Origin: an uncultured Deferribacteres bacterium | GTDB taxonomy: Bacteria > Zhuqueibacterota > Zhuqueibacteria > Zhuqueibacterales > Geothermadaptataceae | Assembly (NCBI GenBank): GCA_964014485.1 | Contig: CAXHAT010000083.1 | Location: forward strand, 1 to 32,712 | DNA: 32,712 nt | Reading direction: 5' to 3' | Part shown: positions 26,230-32,712 of the stretch, piece by piece | How positions within the stretch are numbered: position 1 is the stretch's first letter | How the letters are laid out: every line of letters begins with the position of its first letter | Program-made: the position numbers and the translations under genes | Notes under the pieces: model-generated | What the model saw: the letters and a program-made list of their open reading frames with translations, nothing else | Told to the model about the DNA's origin: nothing | The model's database searches: none

Positions 26230-27080
26230 GCGACCCTGGATTTTTCAAGAACGTTCTCAAGAGAAGTCGCAAAATCGAATTGTCGCTTTTTAACGATTCT
26301 GCGCACGAATTTATATGCTTCCGGCTTGTTGTAAAAATTGCCGTACGCCAGACGATGCTCCGCCAATGCAGTCAAGCATTCGCCGAGATTAAACTCGACG
26401 TGGTCGGCAAAATCGTCGTTGCTCCACGGTTTCTCTTCGCCAATGTGAAAGGTTAGATTCGCGTCGAGCAATTCACAGGGGTTTTGTGCGTGCCAGATGA
26501 CATTAAACGCGAGAAGCTTCCCGACAGGCGTCACGCCCAGGCAAGAGTTGGCGAGCTTAAATTTTGGATATGCCGCCCGCCGAAAAACGTAGATCGCGAA
26601 GCCCTTCAAATGCGTTCCTAATTCGCCGTACATGAGCGGCAAATCTTCCACGCGCCGATACGTTGCCGGAATTGCACGGCGATTGATGATCAACGCGTCC
26701 GCCCCGTCTTCGACGTACTGGTTGATTGCCACATAAAAATAGGGCATTAGCGCAATGTCGGCGTTGGTATAAACCATAAACTCCGCGTCCGAAGCGTGAT
26801 AGAGTCGGTCGAGAACGTCTTGCATCACTGGCACTTTTCTTCGCTTCTTCAAATCACACAGCGAATGGATTGAGCGCTCAACATTTTGCGTAACACTAAA
26901 ATCTTGCGGAACCGCCTCAGAATCTTCTTCAAATTGCGTCGTAAACAAATCGACGTTGACTCTGCCCTTTGCAAACGCCTTCGCCGCCCGCATCGACTCA
27001 AAAGTGATCGGTTGCGCAGTATAAAGATCGGATTGCTGGTCGACCTTGACCGGCTTTACGATATGTGCGATCGTTCGCAT
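26226..27080 (-). CDS. Hypothetical glycosyltransferase-like (GT-A) protein
   Basis: IAHIVKPV..SDL..AQPITFESM, FMVYTNADIAL, IINRR, TFHIG; ATG at 27080 with GGGAG RBS; divergent from nucleotide-sugar genes. Confidence 0.55.
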   Translation of the reverse strand: MRTIAHIVKPVKVDQQSDLYTAQPITFESMRAAKAFAKGRVNVDLFTTQFEEDSEAVPQDFSVTQNVERSIHSLCDLKKRRKVPVMQDVLDRLYHASDAEFMVYTNADIALMPYFYVAINQYVEDGADALIINRRAIPATYRRVEDLPLMYGELGTHLKGFAIYVFRRAAYPKFKLANSCLGVTPVGKLLAFNVIWHAQNPCELLDANLTFHIGEEKPWSNDDFADHVEFNLGECLTALAEHRLAYGNFYNKPEAYKFVRRIVKKRQFDFATSLENVLEKSRVA

Positions 27081-27187
27081 TTTGACTCCCTTCAATTCGA
27101 ATTTTCGATTTAAATCACAGTTTCCATTATGCCTACAATCCCTCAGGAATGCCGATTTGAAATTCAAAACTTGGAGAAAACGCAGCT

Positions 27188-27961
27188 ATGAAAACCGTCA
27201 TTCTGGCCGGAGGGCTGGGTTCCCGCCTTTCCGAGGAGACTGATTTGCGCCCCAAACCAATGGTGGAAATCAGCGGCAAACCGATTTTGTGGCACATCAT
27301 GAATATCTATGCTTCGCAAGGGTTCAAGGAGTTCATCATCGCACTGGGCTATAAAGGCGAGGTCATCAAACAATATTTTTTGAATTACTACGCGCTCAAC
27401 AACAACATCTCCGTCGATCTCGCCAGCGGCGACACGATCATTCACGACGGCAATCAGCCGGATTGGAAAATCCATTTGGTCGATACAGGCTTGAGAACAC
27501 AAACCGGAGGCAGACTGAAACGCCTGCTTGGCTGGCTGGGGAAAGACGAAAATTTCATGTTCACATACGGCGACGGCGTTGCCGATCTGGACGTTCGCAA
27601 ACTCGTCGAGTATCATCATTCTCACAAGAAACTGGCGACGGTCACAACTGTGCGCTCCCCCGCCCGCTTCGGACGTATGGCTTTTGACGGCGGGCGCGTG
27701 ACGAGTTTTTTTGAAAAGCCGGAATCAGCGGAAGGTTGGATTAACGGCGGTTTTTTTGTTCTCAACCGGCGCGCGATCGATTATGTCGATGGTGACGACA
27801 CAATTTGGGAACAAAGCGCCGTGGAAAAGCTGACAAAGGACAGTGAACTCATGGGATTTAAGCACTTCGGTTTTTGGTCGTGTATGGACACATTGAAGGA
27901 AAAGCGTATGCTGGAAGAGCTCTGGGAAAAGAATCAAGCGCCGTGGAAAATATGGTCATGA
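27188..27961 (+). CDS. rfbF: Glucose-1-phosphate cytidylyltransferase
   Basis: ILAGGLGSRLSEET..RPKPMVEI, VDTG..TQTGGRLKR, TYGDGV, WINGGFFV, GFWSCMDT. Confidence 0.93.
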   Translation: MKTVILAGGLGSRLSEETDLRPKPMVEISGKPILWHIMNIYASQGFKEFIIALGYKGEVIKQYFLNYYALNNNISVDLASGDTIIHDGNQPDWKIHLVDTGLRTQTGGRLKRLLGWLGKDENFMFTYGDGVADLDVRKLVEYHHSHKKLATVTTVRSPARFGRMAFDGGRVTSFFEKPESAEGWINGGFFVLNRRAIDYVDGDDTIWEQSAVEKLTKDSELMGFKHFGFWSCMDTLKEKRMLEELWEKNQAPWKIWS

Positions 27962-28983
27962 AAGTTTTAGTGACAGGCAACCAAGGGTACATCGGATCGG
28001 TTTTGACGCCGTTGCTGCAAACGCGCGGATTTGAAGTGACCGGCTTCGACGCCGGGTTCTATTCCAACGCCAAATTGTTCAAACCGGAATCGGGTCAAGA
28101 AATAACGACGCTTAAAAAAGACGTCCGAAAAATCAGTGCGGAAGATCTGGCAGGGTTCGACGGCGTCGTCCATTTGGCCGAGCTTTCCAACGACCCGCTC
28201 GGGCAAATGAATCCGTCGATCACCTTTGAAATCAACCATCAAGGCACGGTCGCTTTAGCCAAGAACTGCATAAAGGCTGGCGTCCCGCGATTTGTTTACA
28301 CGTCTTCCTGCAGCGTCTATGGCAAAGGTTCGGGGGAATTTAAAACGGAAGCATCTGACGTTGCGCCGCAGACCGCCTACGCCGAGTGCAAAGTCCTGGT
28401 CGAGCGCGATTTGAAAAAACTCGCGAATGATGATTTTTCGCCGGTTTTCCTGCGCAATGCAACGGCCTACGGCCCATCGCCGCATATGCGGTTTGACATC
28501 GTGCTCAACAATTTGGCCGGGCTCGCCTGGACGACCAAGGAAATCAAATTGATCAGTGACGGTTCGCCGTGGCGACCGCTGGTGCACGTGAAGGACATCT
28601 CCGAGGCAATCATTTGTGCGCTGAACGCGCCGCGCGAGGCCGTCCACAATCAAATTTTCAACGTTGGAAATACTGGCGAGAATTTTCGAATTCGGGAAAT
28701 CGCGCAGATCGTCTCAGACGCTTTTCCCGGCTGCAAAATGACGGTCGGCGAATCGGACGGCGATCATCGCAGCTATCGCGTGTCGTGCGATAAAATCCAC
28801 GAAGATTTGCCGGGCTTTGCGTGCCGCCTCACTGCTCAAGACGGTGCAGAAGAATTCAGAGCATTGTTCGAAAAAATACGATTCACGTCCGCGATTTTTC
28901 AGACGAGCGCGTTTACACGCCTGAAGCAATTAAAATATCTGCTCGCAACTAAAAATATTGACGAAAATCTCTTCTGGCTTTGA
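27958..28983 (+). CDS. NAD-dependent nucleotide-sugar epimerase/dehydratase (extended SDR)
   Basis: VLVTGNQGYIG, HLAELSNDP, SSCSVYG, YAECK, LRNATAYG, WRPLVHVKD; ATGA overlap with the rfbF stop. Confidence 0.9.
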   Translation: MKVLVTGNQGYIGSVLTPLLQTRGFEVTGFDAGFYSNAKLFKPESGQEITTLKKDVRKISAEDLAGFDGVVHLAELSNDPLGQMNPSITFEINHQGTVALAKNCIKAGVPRFVYTSSCSVYGKGSGEFKTEASDVAPQTAYAECKVLVERDLKKLANDDFSPVFLRNATAYGPSPHMRFDIVLNNLAGLAWTTKEIKLISDGSPWRPLVHVKDISEAIICALNAPREAVHNQIFNVGNTGENFRIREIAQIVSDAFPGCKMTVGESDGDHRSYRVSCDKIHEDLPGFACRLTAQDGAEEFRALFEKIRFTSAIFQTSAFTRLKQLKYLLATKNIDENLFWL

Positions 28984-29033
28984 TTGTATTTTGGGAGAAA
29001 GTTCGTTGAGAGGTTTTTAAAGAGCGGAGCGTA

Positions 29034-30038
29034 CTACTCGAACGTCTCGAGAAGGCGCTTGGCTTCGTTGTAGCGTCTGCCGTTTTGAGCAACAATTTCC
29101 GTCAGCAATAATTTGGCTTTTTCTCCGTCCTTCAACGCAAGATTTGCCTGCGCCAAAAACCAGCGGCTTTCTTCTTTTTCCAACTCATTCGCAGCCAACG
29201 CAAGCGCCTGCTTCAAAGCTTCAACACTTTGTGCGAGTTTCATGGAGTCAAAATCGTAAAAGCGCCCCCAAATATTTGTTTGTGAAGCTCGCAGTTGAGA
29301 AACGCCTTTAATAAGCCAGGCTTGATGCAACAGGGCGCTCCCAGGGTTGTCCGCAATAAAAGCCTCCGCCGAAACGACGACTTGTTGATAATTTTGCTGA
29401 TCAAAAGCAATGCGCGCCCGATCAAGATTATGCTCCCCTCCTCCCCTGACCTGCCCCCACATCAAATTCGAATCTAAAGCAATAGCATTTTTGTACGGAT
29501 GCTCCCCGCCCCGAAAAAACGGGCTAAGCCAAACAGCAACCAGTGCGGCGACCGCACCCAGAACGGCTGGAATTCGCGGCCTTGAAAAGATCGAAGATAT
29601 GCGCTTCAATCGCGTTACAAGACTGCCTGATTGAATAGCGGCCTGGCGTTCGATTGATATGTTCGGAAACTCCATTTCGTCCAAATGCGCGTCTATCGCC
29701 AGAAATTCCTTTTGCAAATCTTCGAGCTTTTTCCGGCAATCACCGCATATTTCAAGATGATTTTCAATTTGCGTCGTCTCCGCTGGCGACAAGCGCTCGC
29801 CGTCATAATCCGGCTCGCCCGCCGTCGAAAGTTGAACGGCGTAGCGTTGCAAAGATTCATCGCTCACCTGGTGCGCTGAAGCTCGATTCGCCAACGAAGC
29901 AGCAATCGCCCGGGCGGTGTGAAATTCCGCCCTGCAACTGTCGCAACTTTCGACGTGTGACAGCAAATCGCGCTTTTCGTTTTCGTTCATATCATCAAAA
30001 AAGATGATTTTGTCTTTATAATTTTTACAAGAATCCAT
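29034..30038 (-). CDS. Anti-sigma factor with two zf-HC2 motifs, one TM helix and a periplasmic TPR domain
   Basis: HVESCDSC and HLEICGDC; TM IPAVLGAVAALVAVWL; TPR-like C-terminus (ESRWFLAQANL...AK.LL); 12 nt downstream of the ECF sigma gene. Confidence 0.75.
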   Translation of the reverse strand: MDSCKNYKDKIIFFDDMNENEKRDLLSHVESCDSCRAEFHTARAIAASLANRASAHQVSDESLQRYAVQLSTAGEPDYDGERLSPAETTQIENHLEICGDCRKKLEDLQKEFLAIDAHLDEMEFPNISIERQAAIQSGSLVTRLKRISSIFSRPRIPAVLGAVAALVAVWLSPFFRGGEHPYKNAIALDSNLMWGQVRGGGEHNLDRARIAFDQQNYQQVVVSAEAFIADNPGSALLHQAWLIKGVSQLRASQTNIWGRFYDFDSMKLAQSVEALKQALALAANELEKEESRWFLAQANLALKDGEKAKLLLTEIVAQNGRRYNEAKRLLETFE

Positions 30039-30050
30039 TGTATTCGCAGT

Positions 30051-30632
30051 TTAAAACAAAGTCGTGTAAAGCCAGATAATGGTCACATCAGCTAGCAGGA
30101 ACTTCAACTGCTCGATGCCGCGCTTCACCTGCATCTTCACCCCGCTGACGCTCAAGCCCGTCGTTTCCGCAATTTCTTCATACTTGTGTCCATCGCTTTT
30201 CAGCAGAAGCACGCGACGTGTTTTTTCCGGCAGCTCTTCCAAGGCTTTTTCAATATCAACGCGATCAAGCTGCAAATCACTGCGATAAGACGGCGCATCG
30301 GCCACGTCCAAACCTTGCTCAAAACGCTGTTCCAGGCTTTCCTCGTCGCGTCGATACTTACTTCTGAAATGATCCTGCATCACGTGGAACGCCACTTTTG
30401 CAACGAAGCCTTTCAATCTCATCGCTTCCTTAATTTTGGGCAAATTCCGCAGCATACGAATGTACGTTTCCTGGCACAAATCGTCGACCAGGGCAACGTC
30501 GCGGAACTTCTTCACGAAATAGCCGCGCACAAAGCCTTCCAACTGCTTGCAAAGCGCCTGTAACGCTTTTGAGTTCCCCTTCTGCGCCTGAATGAGCAAG
30601 CCGCCCAAATCAGCTTTTTGAAGAATCGCCAT
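30051..30632 (-). CDS. ECF RNA polymerase sigma-70 factor
   Basis: DDLCQETYI (region 2), ALEELPEKTRRVLLL..DGHKYEEIAE..GLSVSGVKMQVKRG (region 4). Confidence 0.92.
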   Translation of the reverse strand: MAILQKADLGGLLIQAQKGNSKALQALCKQLEGFVRGYFVKKFRDVALVDDLCQETYIRMLRNLPKIKEAMRLKGFVAKVAFHVMQDHFRSKYRRDEESLEQRFEQGLDVADAPSYRSDLQLDRVDIEKALEELPEKTRRVLLLKSDGHKYEEIAETTGLSVSGVKMQVKRGIEQLKFLLADVTIIWLYTTLF

Positions 30633-31044
30633 AAATCGTTACAACCAATTTGCGCGCGCCGCCGCGATTGCGGTGTTCGCAAAGGTAAATGCCTTGCCAA
30701 GTACCAAGATTAAATCCGCCGTTCGTGACCGGCACGGAAAGATCGAATCCGGTCAACGTGCCTTTGATGTGAGCGGGCATGTCGTCCGGCCCTTCAAGCG
30801 TGTGCCGATAGTAGGGCGCATTTTCCGGCACATACTTGTCAAAATGCGCCGCCATATCATCGCGCACGTCAGGGGAAGCGTTTTCATTGATTGTTAAAGA
30901 AGCGGACGTGTGCTGAATCAGAATGTGCGCGACGCCAACTTGAAAATCGCGAATTTCCGGAATTTCAGAGAGAATCTCGCGCGTAATCAAATGAAATCCG
31001 CGCGGTTTTGGGCTAAGTCGAATCGTTTTTTGAAGCCAGTTCAA
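30610..31044 (-). CDS. yjbQ: Secondary thiamine-phosphate synthase YjbQ (UPF0047)
   Basis: RGFHLIT, HTSASLTINENA.PDVR.D, EGPDDMPAHIK, LGTWQGIYLCEHR; TTG start. Confidence 0.93.
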   Translation of the reverse strand: MNWLQKTIRLSPKPRGFHLITREILSEIPEIRDFQVGVAHILIQHTSASLTINENASPDVRDDMAAHFDKYVPENAPYYRHTLEGPDDMPAHIKGTLTGFDLSVPVTNGGFNLGTWQGIYLCEHRNRGGARKLVVTIYGDSSKS

Positions 31045-31211
31045 ACTTTTAGTTTCCGTTAGATTGGGGTAATTCCTGATAAATCAAGCCCGGTTTTTCT
31101 ATTCGCGTTATATACAATTTAAGCTTGTGAAATAGCAAGAGTTTATATAACCTTCAATATCTGAGTTTATGAAAACCCTTAATATTCAGCAGGAGCCTTC
31201 AGGTGCAAGTC

Positions 31212-31403
31212 ATGAGCGAAAACTTGAACGTGAAAGAGCATGCTCGTCAACTGATCGATGAATTACCGGAAGACGCCACTTGGGACGATTTGATGTACAA
31301 AATCTACGTCCGTTTGTCAATTGAGCCCGGACTCGAAGACAGTAAAGCAGGCCGGACAACGAGTATAAACGACGTCCGCGCCAAATATGGTCTTCCCAAA
31401 TGA
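31212..31403 (+). CDS. Putative antitoxin of a RelE/ParE module
   Basis: Small acidic protein (LIDELPEDATWDDLMYKIYV...GLEDSKAGR); ATGA overlap with the toxin gene. Confidence 0.75.
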   Translation: MSENLNVKEHARQLIDELPEDATWDDLMYKIYVRLSIEPGLEDSKAGRTTSINDVRAKYGLPK

Positions 31404-31696
31404 TTGTAGAGATTACAGACCAAGCCATACTACATCTCGATGCGATTTACGCTTATATCGCCAAGGATTCTGAGCTTTATGCAAAGCGATTGCTTGAGAA
31501 ACTCTTAAGGCGGTGCAGCCAAATCGAGGAATTTCCGTATTTGGGAAGAAAAGTTCCTGAATTTGATACTGAAGAAATTCGAGAAATACTCGACGGCAAG
31601 TATCGTATTATTTATCGCATTCTTCCTGAAAAAATCCACGTTTTGGCGATTATTCACGGCGCACGATTGTTACCGAATGACATCATCGACAATTGA
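31400..31696 (+). CDS. Type II toxin, RelE/ParE family
   Basis: A..HLDAIYAYIAKDS...FPYLGRKVPE...IREI..GKYRIIYRI...VLAIIHGAR. Confidence 0.88.
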   Translation: MIVEITDQAILHLDAIYAYIAKDSELYAKRLLEKLLRRCSQIEEFPYLGRKVPEFDTEEIREILDGKYRIIYRILPEKIHVLAIIHGARLLPNDIIDN

Positions 31697-31766
31697 AACG
31701 ATCCTTCAAAGAACGTTCTGCAGCATCCTTGAGCAAGTAAAGTAGTCCCGCCAAAAGCCTCTTCTA

Positions 31767-32668
31767 TTAATTCCGCAACAGCTTTAGCGACAAAAACCAT
31801 TCTCGCGACGCCTGGCCGTTATTCCAGACCTGTGCAGCGCCCGCCGATAACGTCGACTCCAGATTAAACCAATGTTGGAAACGAAGATTGATCTGTGCAC
31901 CAAGATTCAGCCAGACGTTTTCCGATCCCTTTCCAAAAACCAGGCCTTGCGAAAACCACGAAGCGTCGATGTGACTGAGGGCGTGTTGTCCGAAACGAAT
32001 TTTGTTAAAACGCAGCGGCGGCAGATTGTTTTCCAGCGTTAGTTTCAGGAAACGATTTGAAGATAGGCTGTAGCTCGGCGCGCCTGGGAACCGCGAGGTT
32101 TCGCGGTATTGCTTGACGCTTCTGTTTTCGAGCTTGCGGTTACCGAATCCGCCGAAGAAAAAGCGACTCAATCCAAATTCATCATTCGTCAAGCGAAAGC
32201 CAGCATCGGCTTTCAGGTGTAAAACATTGTGCGCCTCGCCGAAGGTTTTGAACGCGCCCCATGATGCATTCACCCCGCCGTCGATGCGCGGCAGGTTTGT
32301 GTGATAGCCAAACCCCGTGAAGGCGATTTCCCATTCTTGCCCGGACTCTCTATCCACACTGCCGATAGCACGGCGGGTGTTTTTCGAACTGATTTTGGAT
32401 TCGAACACAACGAATTCCGGCACAGCGACGGCGATCTGATTGTCGTTGAAAGCCTTGATTCCAGTGTAAAAAGTCAGGTCAGTCGTCTGGGTAATCTTAT
32501 GCGGGTTGTCGTATTTCAAAAATCGGGTATGACTGAGAGACAACTGCGTGCCGCTCATCGAAGCTTTGACCTCGTTAAAGAGATCATAAAAGTCCGCCGG
32601 ATTGCGGCGCAAACCGAAACGCCAGCGTCTTTTGAATTCATAGTTCAAGTTGAGGTGCAGTGATGATT
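31767..32668 (-). CDS. C-terminal fragment of an outer-membrane beta-barrel protein (possibly Omp85/BamA-like), truncated at the contig end
   Basis: Open frame runs to the adapter junction; amphipathic aromatic-rich strands, FFFGGFGN loop motif; 5' end missing. Confidence 0.55.
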
Positions 32669-32712
32669 CTGTCTCTTATACACATCTGACGCTGCCGACG
32701 AGCTTCTTGGTG
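32669..32712 (+). other. Illumina Nextera adapter read-through (artefact)
   Basis: CTGTCTCTTATACACATCT (Tn5 mosaic end) + GACGCTGCCGACGA + 8-nt index GCTTCTTG + GTG (start of the P5 reverse complement). Confidence 0.98.

Noticed and set aside
27958..28983. Naming the epimerase rfbG
   Set aside because: Lacks the GHTGFKG, AAQPLV and TSDKCY signatures of CDP-glucose 4,6-dehydratase.
109..32663. Numerous alternate-frame and antisense ORFs in the track (e.g. 8657-9319, 11898-12731, 13945-14574, 23839-24516)
   Set aside because: Shadow ORFs nested within well-supported genes, with no motifs.
32669..32687. Tn5/IS50 end suggesting a transposon insertion
   Set aside because: It is the synthetic mosaic end followed by Nextera adapter and index, so an artefact.

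Overview
Bacterial contig of roughly 50% GC (estimated by eye), with gene content suggesting an FCB-group organism such as KSB1 or Calditrichota (inference). It carries about 28 mostly metabolic, envelope and regulatory genes: a BNR-repeat secreted protein, NucA-type nuclease, PfkB-like kinase, orphan GIY-YIG/DUF4357 protein, SDR, a GCS2-ligase-CBS fusion paired with an M14 deacylase, a YbdL-like aminotransferase, tandem DUF3857-transglutaminases, an SH3 protein, an NRAMP-like transporter with a His-rich TPR protein, LacI plus GH2 beta-mannosidase, an ankyrin-PQQ propeller fusion, a HAD phosphatase, a GT-like protein, rfbF plus an epimerase, yjbQ-ECF sigma-anti-sigma, a RelE/ParE toxin-antitoxin pair and a truncated outer-membrane protein. 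Non-coding features are several REP-like palindromes, a 119-bp MITE-like element, a LacI-type operator and an unexplained duplicated, structured element upstream of the HAD gene. The last 44 nt are Illumina Nextera adapter. I found no CRISPR array, tRNA, rRNA, integrase or transposase. The best candidates for undescribed biology are the GCS2-CBS/M14 ligase-deacylase pair, the 25.4-25.55 kb element, the double-zinc-finger TPR anti-sigma and the TPR/NRAMP-like pair. All family calls come from motif recognition, not database searches.
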